From assembly GCA_038064835.1 (NCBI GenBank), contig JBBTSD010000011.1, positions 1,320 through 65,319 of the forward strand: a stretch of DNA of 64,000 nt, read 5' to 3'. This document shows, piece by piece, positions 48,580 through 58,530 of this stretch (the first letter of the stretch is position 1; the number at the start of each line of letters is the position of its first letter). Both the position numbers and the translations under genes were made by a program. The notes below the pieces were generated by a model that saw only the letters and a program-made list of their open reading frames with translations, made no database searches and was not told the DNA's origin. The DNA is from Patescibacteria group bacterium. Its GTDB lineage: Bacteria > Patescibacteriota > Minisyncoccia > Phycocordibacterales > UBA2100.

Positions 48580-49014
48580 ATGTTCAAAAGAAGCGTCTAT
48601 CTGGCTTTAGCCTTGTCAGCCTTCGCTTTTCTGCTAGCTGTCACCCTCGGACAATGTGCCCGAGCAGACCCAATACGGCTTCCTGAGCCAGTTCGTCATG
48701 TATGGTACTTTTGCCCCTCAGCTGATGCGGTGCGCGAAGTACATCGTCTGGCGCGTATGATGGACGATTCCCTGCCGGCTGAAAAACTTGAAAAGGCCAT
48801 GGAGTTGAGTCCGATTGCCAGATCATGCCGCTTTGACATGCTTCTCATTGAGTCTCTCGAACATGTCGAGGAAATCGGGCAAACCAGTGGCGTCTCTATT
48901 ACGCTTGTGCGTTTTATGGCCAGTGGGTCTTCTACACCCTGGTACTCATGGATGCCAACAGACGACTACAGAAAGACAGTTGCCTATATTTCCGCGCGCA
49001 GCAGAACACAGTGA
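48580..49014 (+). CDS. secreted hypothetical protein
   Basis: Signal peptide MFKRSVYLALALSAFAFLLAV. Confidence 0.4.
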   Translation: MFKRSVYLALALSAFAFLLAVTLGQCARADPIRLPEPVRHVWYFCPSADAVREVHRLARMMDDSLPAEKLEKAMELSPIARSCRFDMLLIESLEHVEEIGQTSGVSITLVRFMASGSSTPWYSWMPTDDYRKTVAYISARSRTQ

Positions 49015-49079
49015 TAAGGCACACCTTTGGTGTGCTTTTTTGCATCTCCACTATTGTTAAGAGCTCGTCCAAGAGTGGT

Positions 49080-49643
49080 TTACAAAAAAGTTGTACGATG
49101 TTCGCGTGACGGACCCATCTTTGCAAGAGCTGCGTAGTGGGCAGTGGTGCCATACCCTTTGTGCTGCTCGAATCCATACCCGGGTATTTTTTCTGCCAGC
49201 TTCTTCATGTAAGTATCTCGCTCTACTTTTGCGAAAATTGAAGCGAGGGCAATCACCGGAAATCGCTCGTCCCCTTTTACGAATTGCTCTTGCTCCCACT
49301 CGGCACCAACACGCAACCCCCAATCAAGAAGTACTTTTGCCGTAGATGGGTCGGCATATAGTTGATCGAGCGCGCCACGAGCCGCATCACGGGCGGCAAC
49401 AGCAATCCCTCGTACATCAATATCGTGCGCACTTATGAATGACACTGCGCATGCGATACTCTGTTGCTTTATGTGCATATACCACTCGTTTCGTTTCTTT
49501 TCCGAAAGTTTCTTAGAGTCCTTCAGTCCTTCCCATAAGCGCCACTCGCTTTGTTCGAGAGGGAGCAAGACAGCGCCCACAGTCACTGGACCAGCGATTG
49601 GCCCACGACCCACTTCGTCGATACCCACCACAAACCGCTTCAT
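49080..49643 (-). CDS. rnhB: ribonuclease HII
   Basis: MKRFVVGIDEVGRGPIAGPVTVGAVLLP. Confidence 0.85.
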   Translation of the reverse strand: MKRFVVGIDEVGRGPIAGPVTVGAVLLPLEQSEWRLWEGLKDSKKLSEKKRNEWYMHIKQQSIACAVSFISAHDIDVRGIAVAARDAARGALDQLYADPSTAKVLLDWGLRVGAEWEQEQFVKGDERFPVIALASIFAKVERDTYMKKLAEKIPGYGFEQHKGYGTTAHYAALAKMGPSREHRTTFL

Positions 49644-49688
49644 GGAGGTAGTGTAACAAAAGACGGCCAAGAAGGCCGTCTTTTAGCG

Positions 49689-50243
49689 TCACTTCCTCAA
49701 CAAATCGATGACCACACCAACCGCCTCAACAGTGTCTTCGAGTGCGTCGTATGTCGGCACAGCGTGATAGGCGAGTGTCTTTCGCAAATAACTACGATTG
49801 GAAAATTGTGGGTGAATTCCCACTACAAGTGGCAGTGGGTAATCACGATTGAATCCCACACTCTTCATTGCAAGAGCGCTCCCTAAAACAAATCCGAGCT
49901 CGAAACGCGTCGTCTGCGCATACGCCCGCTCGGGAAAATGTTGCATCTCTGGTGCGAGCCAGAACAACACTACACCATGTCGCAGTGCATGATTCAGATA
50001 ATAGTGCTCCCATCGCACCTGCTGTTCGAAGAGGTAGTCCCGTTCATTCGGAGTCATGGACTTCTCCCAGATAGACGATCGCGGACATGCAATATGCGTT
50101 GTTGGCCAGGCGACCTGAAGCATTCGAATTGCCTCTTCCTGCCAGTCGGCAGTCCCTTGGATGGGACCAGCGGTAAACACCAACGGCTCGCAGCGCAAAG
50201 GCTTCGCATGGTACACGGGTGGCCGCAGTAGTTCTGCAGACAT
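49689..50243 (-). CDS. nucleoside 2-deoxyribosyltransferase-like (Rossmann, DUF4406-like) protein
   Basis: LVFTAGPIQG...D...RAYAQTTRFELGFVLG matches the AGP...GT.fE.G pattern. Weak call. Confidence 0.45.
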   Translation of the reverse strand: MSAELLRPPVYHAKPLRCEPLVFTAGPIQGTADWQEEAIRMLQVAWPTTHIACPRSSIWEKSMTPNERDYLFEQQVRWEHYYLNHALRHGVVLFWLAPEMQHFPERAYAQTTRFELGFVLGSALAMKSVGFNRDYPLPLVVGIHPQFSNRSYLRKTLAYHAVPTYDALEDTVEAVGVVIDLLRK

Positions 50244-50358
50244 GTGGCTCTCCTCGATTCCCTTTTCGTCTCCGGGGTCAGTGTACCAAGTTCCTTAAAA
50301 AACAAACCTTGACGCGCCCGAAAATGCTCAGCTTCGCATATGCGTATATAATGCAGGT

Positions 50359-53300
50359 ATGTCGCGTGCTGGAGATTTTGTACACCTACATACCCACTCG
50401 CACTACTCGCTCCTTACAGCACTCCCACAAATCGACGCGTTGGTAGAGGCGGCAAAAAAAGATGGGCAAACCGCACTTGCTCTCACCGACAATGGGAGCA
50501 TGTACGGCACCATTGATTTCTACAAAGAATGCAGGAAGGCTGGGATAAAGCCTATCATCGGCATGGATGCGTTCGTAGCGCCCCGAACCCGTTTTGATAA
50601 AGAACATCGTATCGACAACCAAATGAGTCGCCTGGTGCTACTTGCGATGAACGAAGTCGGGTATCACAATCTGATAAAACTAGCATCACTGGGTAACACC
50701 GAGGGCTTCTACTATAACGCACGCATCGACCGCGAACTTATCGAACGATACAAAGAAGGTCTGATAGCAATCCTCCCTTCTTTTGCGGCCGAATCTGCAC
50801 GGCATCTCAAAGAACAAGACGAGGCTCGCGCTCAAGAATCCATCGAATGGTACCGCGCGCAATTTGGAGAGTTTTTGTATGCCGAAGTGACTCATCATCC
50901 GGAAATCGAAGGGCACGAGGACCGCATGAAAAAATGGAGTGCATTTGCTCGTACGCACCAAGTGCCCCTCATGGCGGCGCACGACACCTACTATCTTGCT
51001 CCCGAAGATTCTGTTGCGCGTGAGCTGGTAATCAAAATCAAAAGCGGCGGCCACCTGGATAGAGAAATGGGTGTCGGCGCGGAGGATTTTTCGTTCATTA
51101 CACAATCTGACGCAAAGGACCGATTCAAGGACGAACCTGAGCTTTTGGAAAATACGATGCGGATCGCAGATTTATGCAACCTGGAAATCAAATTGGGCGC
51201 GTGGTTTTTCCCCGACTTTCCTGTACCAGCCGGAAGCTCGCATGATACTGAGTTGAAAAAACTTGCTTATGCTGGTATCGAAAAACGAGGACTCGAGCGC
51301 ACTCCCGAGATTCTTGCCCGTCTTGATTACGAACTTTCGGTGATTGCGACAAAAGGGTATTCACCCTATTTTCTTGTGGTGGGAGACCTGCTCGCCCACG
51401 CGGAACAAGCCGGAATATTTACCAACACGCGTGGCTCTGCCGCCGGTTCTCTTGTGTCGTATGTGTCTGGCATTACCACGGTAAATCCCCTCGAATTCCA
51501 ACTCCCCTTCGAGCGATTTTTGAATCCCGATCGCCCATCGCCGCCAGATATCGATATGGATATTGCCGACAACCGCCGCGACGACCTCATTGATTACGCG
51601 CGCGCAAAGTATGGTGCCGACCATGTGGCACAGGTGGGCACTTTTGGCACCATGATGGCCCGTGCGGCTGTGCGCGATGTCGCGCGCGCACTGGGTCACT
51701 CATACAGTGTCGGTGACAAAATTGCAAAAATAATCCCTTTCGGAAAACAGGGATTTCCCGTCACTGTCGATGGAGCGCTCAAGGAGGTCGCTGAGCTACG
51801 CGAAGTGTATGACACTGACCCTGAAGCACGCGAGGTGCTCGATTTGGCAAAAAAAATTGAAGGAAATGCACGCCATGTGGGTGTCCACGCGGCCGGTGTT
51901 GTGATTGGCCCTGGTCCAGTCGACTCATATGTTCCGATCCAGCTGGACCCGAAAGGCGGCAAGACTATCACTCAGTACGACATGCATGCCGTCGAAGATG
52001 CCGGGCTTTTGAAATTCGACTTTCTCGGTCTCAAGAACCTTTCAGTACTTGCTGATGTAGTGGCACGAGTAAAAAAACGCCGAGACATTGTTGTCGATGT
52101 AAATCGCCTACCCAAGAACGACCCGAGGACTTTTGAAATGCTCGCCAAAGGAGACACACTTGGTGTTTTCCAGATGGCGAGTGACGGCATGACCAGCTAC
52201 CTTGTTAAATTAAAACCAACACAGGTCGATGATCTCAATGTGATGGTCGCCCTGTATCGTCCCGGACCAATGGACAACATCGATGAGTACATTGCCCGCA
52301 AACACGGCAAGGCCCAAGTCACTTATATTCACCCAAAAATGAAAGCATACCTCGACAAGACTTTTGGCGTACTGGTCTACCAAGACGACCTGCTTATGAC
52401 CGCGGTCGAGCTTGCCGGCTATTCATGGGGAGAAGTTGACCGCTTCCGCAAAGCAGTCGGTAAAAAGATTCCCGAAGAGATGGCCAAACAACATGTGTTG
52501 TTTGTTGAGGGCTGCAACAAACATAGTGGCATGGGCAAACGCGACGCTGAGGCGTTATGGAAGCTATTCGAGCCGTTCCAGGGATATGGATTCAATAAAG
52601 CGCATGCCGCAAGCTATGGCAACCTCTCATATCAAACCGCGTATATGAAGGCTACCTATCCCGTAGACTACATGGCGGCGCTTCTTACTGCGGATTCCGG
52701 CGATGTTGAGGAGGTGGGAAAAATCGTCGGTGAATGTCGCCGTATGGGCATCCAAGTATTACCTCCTGATGTGAATGAAAGCTTCACCGACTTTACGGTT
52801 GTCGACGACGCGCGCATTCGGTTTGGACTGCAAAGTATCAAGAATTTTGGCGAGGGAATTTCAAACACTATTATCGAGACGCGCACACAGGGCGGACCAT
52901 TTACATCATTATCGGATTTCCTGTCCCGCGTGACCGATCGCAACCTAAACAAAAAGTCACTCGAAGCACTGATACAAACCGGTGGCCTCGACAATTTGGG
53001 TGAACGAGGGGCACTCTTTGCACATATCGAGCTCCTTTTAAGTTACCACAAGGAGCATGCGAACGCGCCAAAAAATCAAAACTCACTTTTTGGTACCGAG
53101 GCACTTTTGACAACCTTGAAAATTCCGCCGGCGCCGCCCGCACCCATGCCTCAGAAACTCACTTGGGAAAAAGAACTCCTGGGTCTGTATATTTCCGGAC
53201 ACCCGCTCGACGCTCATAAAGAAAAACTCGCAAAGCAGAAATTCGACATCACGCAGGCAAAGGAAAAGTTGCCACCTGATACACAGACTGTTTTTGCAGG

Positions 53301-53523
53301 CATTATAGACACCAAACAAGAAATCATCACCAAGAGTGGCGAGAAGATGGCATTTCTTTCACTTGCTGATTATGGAGGGGCAATCGAGGTGGTATGTTTT
53401 CCGCGCGTACTCAAAGAGTACGGCATGCTCCTCAATCCTGGCGCATGTATTTTAGTGAAGGGGCGCATCTCGCCGCGTAATGAAGAAAAAAGTTTTGTGG
53501 CAGAAGCGATTAAGCCATTGTGA
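50359..53523 (+). CDS. dnaE: DNA polymerase III subunit alpha (short 1054-aa form)
   Basis: PHP domain FVHLHTHSHYSLL, palm/fingers, C-terminal OB. Confidence 0.92.
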   Translation: MSRAGDFVHLHTHSHYSLLTALPQIDALVEAAKKDGQTALALTDNGSMYGTIDFYKECRKAGIKPIIGMDAFVAPRTRFDKEHRIDNQMSRLVLLAMNEVGYHNLIKLASLGNTEGFYYNARIDRELIERYKEGLIAILPSFAAESARHLKEQDEARAQESIEWYRAQFGEFLYAEVTHHPEIEGHEDRMKKWSAFARTHQVPLMAAHDTYYLAPEDSVARELVIKIKSGGHLDREMGVGAEDFSFITQSDAKDRFKDEPELLENTMRIADLCNLEIKLGAWFFPDFPVPAGSSHDTELKKLAYAGIEKRGLERTPEILARLDYELSVIATKGYSPYFLVVGDLLAHAEQAGIFTNTRGSAAGSLVSYVSGITTVNPLEFQLPFERFLNPDRPSPPDIDMDIADNRRDDLIDYARAKYGADHVAQVGTFGTMMARAAVRDVARALGHSYSVGDKIAKIIPFGKQGFPVTVDGALKEVAELREVYDTDPEAREVLDLAKKIEGNARHVGVHAAGVVIGPGPVDSYVPIQLDPKGGKTITQYDMHAVEDAGLLKFDFLGLKNLSVLADVVARVKKRRDIVVDVNRLPKNDPRTFEMLAKGDTLGVFQMASDGMTSYLVKLKPTQVDDLNVMVALYRPGPMDNIDEYIARKHGKAQVTYIHPKMKAYLDKTFGVLVYQDDLLMTAVELAGYSWGEVDRFRKAVGKKIPEEMAKQHVLFVEGCNKHSGMGKRDAEALWKLFEPFQGYGFNKAHAASYGNLSYQTAYMKATYPVDYMAALLTADSGDVEEVGKIVGECRRMGIQVLPPDVNESFTDFTVVDDARIRFGLQSIKNFGEGISNTIIETRTQGGPFTSLSDFLSRVTDRNLNKKSLEALIQTGGLDNLGERGALFAHIELLLSYHKEHANAPKNQNSLFGTEALLTTLKIPPAPPAPMPQKLTWEKELLGLYISGHPLDAHKEKLAKQKFDITQAKEKLPPDTQTVFAGIIDTKQEIITKSGEKMAFLSLADYGGAIEVVCFPRVLKEYGMLLNPGACILVKGRISPRNEEKSFVAEAIKPL

Positions 53524-53576
53524 ATAAGAGCATATTTACAGACTGTGTCAAATTTAATTGACGCAATGCCCTGGTT

Positions 53577-53924
53577 GTGATATATTCCACTGAGCCTGTA
53601 CGAGAGAGAAGGATACCTTTTGACATGGGATTGAACCCCTCATCACGAAATGCCACCGCCTTCAAATTGCTCGCCATGTCATGCGCGCAAACTATGGCCT
53701 CTAGCTCGTTCAGCGAGCGCAATCAGCATCGGCTGATGCTCGCTGAGGCAGCCCTTGAGTTTGGGCTTTCGCACGCGGATTCTTTTGCCTTCGTGACTGA
53801 GCTGTGTGAAGCTGCTGGCTTCCCTGCTTTCGAAGGCGCACTTGCCAATAAATCACCCGCGCCAAAAGTGCGCGTTCTCTCCGATACGACCCGCCCTTCC
53901 CACTCGTTGAGGGTCGCCGCGTAA
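53577..53924 (+). CDS. hypothetical protein
   Basis: 115-aa ORF between dnaE and a bidirectional terminator. Weak. Confidence 0.3.
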   Translation: MIYSTEPVRERRIPFDMGLNPSSRNATAFKLLAMSCAQTMASSSFSERNQHRLMLAEAALEFGLSHADSFAFVTELCEAAGFPAFEGALANKSPAPKVRVLSDTTRPSHSLRVAA

Positions 53925-53956
53925 GGAAATCAGTGGGTTCGGGTAGGCATACTGTA

Positions 53957-53990
53957 CAGATAAAGAAACGCCCCTGGAAATTCCAGGGGC
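53957..53990. terminator. bidirectional rho-independent terminator (acgcccctgg-aaatt-ccaggggcgt)
   Basis: Perfect 10-bp stem with T-tracts on both strands. Confidence 0.75.
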
Positions 53991-53998
53991 GTCTTTTA

Positions 53999-55753
53999 TT
54001 ACAGTGAACACTTCTTAAGCCCAGCGAGGCGTTCCGCCGATGGGCTATATCGATAATACGAATCATACCTGATTCGTACGACAATCGAGCACGCCATTTT
54101 GTCGCCCGATGCGATGATGTGGTCGTACAATTTGTTCCGTTCATTCTGAAGGTCGCTGAATCGCGGTGCCATACCTTCAAGAATCTTCGCCGAATGGATA
54201 GCGGGAAATTCGAGTGCGAGAGCGAGTACTCCCTGCAATGCTTTTCCCCCGTCGTCCACACCTGTCAGAGCCCACACCACCCCAGAAAGAAGACTGGGCT
54301 CCGTACGAATACGCATTTTGAGTGCGTCCATGAGCTCTGTGCGCTCACTTTCCGCAAGTATTTTTCCTGAGAGAATACTGATGGGTGCATACCTGCCTTT
54401 CTGAAAATCGGTCTCGCGTAACTCGAGTACTCGAGCCAGAACACGCCGGCGCTCCACAGGGGTTAATTTGACGCGATTATATCGCAGTTCATGCTCGATA
54501 TCGCGTATCTCGCCGGTGATCAAGCGTACAATAGCTGCTTCCCGCTCAACTTCGTCAATCGACTTGCCTTCAGCAAGCATGCGGTCGACAAGTGCCGTGT
54601 CCACACCGCGCGCAATGACAATGCGTAGCGCGTTTCGTTCGGTATCCGTAAGCGGTATAGCCATAGCGGCCATAGTACTTTTATAGTCCAGTGCACGCCT
54701 GGCGCACCCAGGGTGATTGGTCTTTTTTACAGCACTGCGAATACGCTCACGGTCGGCATCAGTGAGGCCAACCATTTCTTGCATTACCGTGAGGAGCACG
54801 CACGCGGCGTCGGTGCGCAGGTACAGAGCATCCCACATCGGTGCCCGTGCCGCGTCTGACAGATGTGACATGCGTGCGAGAACTTTGTACAAGTCATACG
54901 CGGAGACACTCGTATCTTCAACTACCACCTTCAAGAGTTGCTCCGCCTCGTCAACTTTGAGATTGTAGCGATTCCCCACCAGAAATTTTGCCGCAACCGA
55001 TCCCATTTTTTCGTTGATTACTTCTGGAACAGTATACTGATCGCTCCACAAATCACTCTGGCCATAGTAGCGACGACCGAAGTGGAATGTGATTTGGGAA
55101 AACGGACACATGCTAGTCGCATATGCCTTCGCGCCAGCTTCACAGTAGAGCTTGCGAAGACTTTCGCCATCATTCTTGAGGAGAGCAAGACGCGCCGACC
55201 TCTTTTCTTTGTTCACTAGCTCGAAGATTTCATGGTTAATGTCGTAGGTGGCACTTACCAAAGGTTTGTCTTTTCTCCATGCGCGTATTACTTCGTCAGT
55301 AAATGCAACGGAGACCGTGAGTTCGCTAAGTTCATGCTCGGTTCGTACAGCGCGAACCACACGATAGTACTGTTGCCCCACGATGATCCACCCCGACTGA
55401 CGCGTGTGCATGTTTTTGAATGGGTATGCAACAGTGCCATTCGTGTGGACGAGCGCATCATGTTCTCTCACGCTTTGATGCGTGTAGAAGCCGATAAGCA
55501 GTAGATACGCCGTAGCCACACACGAGAGTGGCAGTGTGAGTATCCAACCAAGTGACCGCGAATGCGCAATCCAAAATGCGGTGAAGCCCAAACTAGCGAC
55601 CGCAAGCGCAAAAAGAAATGCCATGGTCGGCGTCTCTTGAATCAGCAGATAGTCGGCTTGTGAGAGAGCGAAGCGTGTGAGCACTCCACCAAGCGCAATC
55701 GTTGCCACTGCGATACATGCTCTTTCGAACACGCGCACTGTTGTTGCTTTCAT
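53999..55753 (-). CDS. polytopic membrane protein, hypothetical (584 aa)
   Basis: N-terminal ~4 TM helices then a large soluble region. Confidence 0.55.
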   Translation of the reverse strand: MKATTVRVFERACIAVATIALGGVLTRFALSQADYLLIQETPTMAFLFALAVASLGFTAFWIAHSRSLGWILTLPLSCVATAYLLLIGFYTHQSVREHDALVHTNGTVAYPFKNMHTRQSGWIIVGQQYYRVVRAVRTEHELSELTVSVAFTDEVIRAWRKDKPLVSATYDINHEIFELVNKEKRSARLALLKNDGESLRKLYCEAGAKAYATSMCPFSQITFHFGRRYYGQSDLWSDQYTVPEVINEKMGSVAAKFLVGNRYNLKVDEAEQLLKVVVEDTSVSAYDLYKVLARMSHLSDAARAPMWDALYLRTDAACVLLTVMQEMVGLTDADRERIRSAVKKTNHPGCARRALDYKSTMAAMAIPLTDTERNALRIVIARGVDTALVDRMLAEGKSIDEVEREAAIVRLITGEIRDIEHELRYNRVKLTPVERRRVLARVLELRETDFQKGRYAPISILSGKILAESERTELMDALKMRIRTEPSLLSGVVWALTGVDDGGKALQGVLALALEFPAIHSAKILEGMAPRFSDLQNERNKLYDHIIASGDKMACSIVVRIRYDSYYRYSPSAERLAGLKKCSL

Positions 55754-55825
55754 TTTTTTCTACTCCATTTCTCAAACAGCAAAAAACAGCCGTGTGGCTG
55801 CTCGCTCAAAAAACCTTACCATTAT

Positions 55826-55866
55826 TATGTAAAAAGGCAAGGGCTCGCGTATAGAACGCGAGCCCT
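55826..55866 (-). terminator. rho-independent terminator for the 55940..56653 gene
   Basis: Minus strand: gagggctcgcg...cgcgagccctt followed by gccttttt. Confidence 0.55.
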
Positions 55867-55939
55867 CGGTAGTTGTGTCGCAGATCCGGTGGGTCACCAG
55901 CCCGTGAAGGTGGTGGGGCTCCTCAGCAATAGAGGAGCA

Positions 55940-56653
55940 CTAGATTCGGATACCGTACTGCTGCCACGACTTCTTGACGCCGTCGATCATGCCGAGCGGC
56001 ACGGGGCCAGGGATCACCTTGCCGTCGTAGAGCTGGCCGAACTTCTTAGGCGTATTGAAGTATGCTTGGCCCGGTTTCATCGGGCTCTCGAGAATGAAGG
56101 AATTCGGCGGGACGGTAGCCCCTGCCTCGCTCTCGCTCTCGCTCGTCCTGAACTGGATCGACTCGTCGCCGATCTGCCCGTGAACGATGACGGGCACCAT
56201 CTTTCTGATCTCGAAGACCTGGATGCCAGGCCCGTAGAGATTGTAGAGATGGTCGGCACACGGGTGCTCTCCGCGAGGAACGACCCGAACGGGGCCGAAT
56301 TCGAGAAGCGTACCGTTGTTCAGGTACTCGTCGTGGCGCGGAGTGGACTTGTCCATCCCCTCGGGCCAGAACGAGACCACCTTCGGGTCGGCGCCGTCGA
56401 GGTTGAGCTCACGAACCTGGTGCCAGTAGGCATCGGAGCTTGCCACATGCATTTCCCACGGCGCGAGCACCCTGGTGCCTTTCGACACGGGAGTCGCATA
56501 GAGGGTCGTCGAGACCGGAATGGCGTGGCCCGCCGTTCCAGGCTTTGTCGGAGGCAGATGCCTGATCGAGTGCACGGTCGGCGCGGCGGCAGTCTTGGAG
56601 GTTGCCACTGCGTCGCTCGAGCTCGTACCAAACAGCCATGTCAGAAAAGACAT
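55940..56653 (-). CDS. secreted hypothetical protein; high-GC gene
   Basis: Start at MSFLTWLFGTSSSDAVA. About 62% GC. The antisense ORF 55889..56737 is probably spurious. Confidence 0.45.
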   Translation of the reverse strand: MSFLTWLFGTSSSDAVATSKTAAAPTVHSIRHLPPTKPGTAGHAIPVSTTLYATPVSKGTRVLAPWEMHVASSDAYWHQVRELNLDGADPKVVSFWPEGMDKSTPRHDEYLNNGTLLEFGPVRVVPRGEHPCADHLYNLYGPGIQVFEIRKMVPVIVHGQIGDESIQFRTSESESEAGATVPPNSFILESPMKPGQAYFNTPKKFGQLYDGKVIPGPVPLGMIDGVKKSWQQYGIRI

Positions 56654-56720
56654 TTGGGCCTCTTTCGTTCTCTGGTTCCCCGCACGCGGATGCGCACGGT
56701 AGGCAGGGCGCACAAATCTT

Positions 56721-56892
56721 ATACCATCGACAAGTAAGGTTTGAACAAAAGTCGCAGAAAATTGTGGGTATGGCGATGAAGAAAAAAGTGAAATATATCC
56801 GCAGATACATTGAGATTTTTTCTTCGAGCTATAGCCATAATCTTCAAGACTTGGTGTTCAGAGATTAGTTGGAGATGGTATTAGTTGAAAAT
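56721..56892 (+). mobile_element. MITE-like structured repeat, copy 4
   Basis: ataccatcgacaagtaaggtttgaac...gttcagagattagttggagatggtat. Confidence 0.8.
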
Positions 56893-57027
56893 TGCGCCCT
56901 CTCTGCCGTGCACAATGCTGAAAAGCCTAGAAAACAACTGTATTTCGCTATTCTTTTTATATTATATACCTTTTATAGCATTTTGTCAATAGAACGCAGC
57001 GGCCACTAGCCGTGCTACGATGTCGCC

Positions 57028-58305
57028 ATGGCAGATGAAATACAAAAAGAAGCCCACGAGCACGACCACAAAAAACTGGGTCGCGAGCTTGATTTGTTTT
57101 ACATAGACGACATGGTCGGCAAAGGCCTCCCCCTCTTTACTCACAAAGGTGCTACGATTCGCCGCGAGCTCGAGCGATTCATTGTGGACGAGGAAATTAA
57201 GCGTGGGTATCTCCATGTAAACACTCCCGATATCGCCAAGCTTGAGCTATACGAAAAATCGGGCCACTATCCGCACTACAAAGATTCGATGTACGCACCG
57301 ATTGAAATAGACGACGAGAAATTCATGTTGCGCCCGATGACCTGTCCGCACCACTTCCGCCTATATCAATCTCGTCCGCATAGCTACCGGGAATTGCCCA
57401 TGCGTATCGCCGAGCTTGCGCAATTGTATCGCTATGAACAATCCGGCGAGCTGATGGGTTTGCAACGGGTGCGTACTTTTTGCCTCGCAGACGCACACAT
57501 TATATGCGCAAGCGAAGAACAGGCTGTGTCCGAGGTGGGTCGTGCGCTTGACTTGATAGAATATATTTCTGGCGTGTTTGGACTCAAACTTGACGACCAT
57601 TATCGCTATCGCCTCTCGCTTGGCGATCGCACAAATATTGAAAAATATTATAAAAACGATGCCGCATGGGAGAAAGGCGAACGGCTCTTGCGCGAACATT
57701 TGAAAGGCCGTGGCTGTTCATTCTACGAGGGTGCTGGTGAGGCGGCTTTTTATGGACCAAAGATTGATGTGCAGATGAAAAATGTGAATGGCAAAGAAGA
57801 CACGGCGTTTACCGTGCAATACGATTTCTGCATGCCGGATAGATTCGAGCTCGATTACACCGGCGAGGACGGCACAAAGAAGCGTGCATTCGTGGTACAT
57901 CGCTCATCGATCGGTGCCGTCGAACGAATCATGGCATTCCTCATCGAACACTATGGCGGCGCCTTCCCCACATGGCTTGCACCCACGCAGGTCGCACTCC
58001 TTCCTATATCGGAATCTCAGGCGGACTATGCCGAAGAAATTCGCACAACACTCGCGGGCGTTCGCATCCGTGTCGAAGTTTTTGCAGATGATTCTTTGGG
58101 TAAACGCATCCGTAATGCGAAGATGCAAAAGATTCCGTATGTACTGGTGATTGGTGACAAGGAGAAAACTGCTCGTGCAGTGTCGGTGGAAAATCGCTCT
58201 GGCTCTGTCGGTCCAATGCCGTTTGCTGATTTTCTAAACACGATAAAAGAAGAGATATCCACACGAGCACTCACTTCGTCGTTGCAGGCAACAAAAAAAG
58301 TGTAA
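57028..58305 (+). CDS. thrS: threonyl-tRNA synthetase, catalytic plus anticodon-binding domains only (no N-terminal TGS/editing domains)
   Basis: DHKKLGRELDLFY...MTCPHHFRLYQSRPHSYRELPMRIAELAQLYRYE...RVRTFCLADAHI. Confidence 0.9.
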   Translation: MADEIQKEAHEHDHKKLGRELDLFYIDDMVGKGLPLFTHKGATIRRELERFIVDEEIKRGYLHVNTPDIAKLELYEKSGHYPHYKDSMYAPIEIDDEKFMLRPMTCPHHFRLYQSRPHSYRELPMRIAELAQLYRYEQSGELMGLQRVRTFCLADAHIICASEEQAVSEVGRALDLIEYISGVFGLKLDDHYRYRLSLGDRTNIEKYYKNDAAWEKGERLLREHLKGRGCSFYEGAGEAAFYGPKIDVQMKNVNGKEDTAFTVQYDFCMPDRFELDYTGEDGTKKRAFVVHRSSIGAVERIMAFLIEHYGGAFPTWLAPTQVALLPISESQADYAEEIRTTLAGVRIRVEVFADDSLGKRIRNAKMQKIPYVLVIGDKEKTARAVSVENRSGSVGPMPFADFLNTIKEEISTRALTSSLQATKKV

Positions 58306-58321
58306 ACTCCATCCCTGACAT

Positions 58322-58358
58322 GAGGTGTTCCGGAGGGAACACCTCACTGTTCTTCGTG
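58322..58358 (+). terminator. rho-independent terminator after thrS
   Basis: gaggtgttcc-ggag-ggaacacctc followed by a T-rich run. Confidence 0.7.
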
Positions 58359-58456
58359 GTTACAGTTAGCATCAGCCTTCGGGCAGATGCTTGCAGATAG
58401 CGTCTGTGAATCCGGTGGGCTCTCTCGAGAGTTTCCGGACACAGACAACACAAAAC

Positions 58457-58490
58457 CTCGCATCGCGGGGTTTTGTGTTTTTCCATTTTG
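58457..58490. terminator. bidirectional terminator (aaaacctcgc-atc-gcggggtttt)
   Basis: T-tracts on both sides; serves the minus-strand surface-protein gene. Confidence 0.55.
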
Positions 58491-58530
58491 GAGACTCGCA
58501 CCCGTCCAGTGTGAATTCTTCCGAATCCCG

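Noticed and set aside
55889-56737. 282-aa plus-strand ORF
   Set aside because: It is antisense within a 62% GC gene. The minus-strand protein has a signal peptide and a downstream terminator.
56893-57027. T-box leader upstream of thrS
   Set aside because: Only ~135 nt of A/T-rich sequence lies between the MITE and the start. No specifier or antiterminator features were seen.
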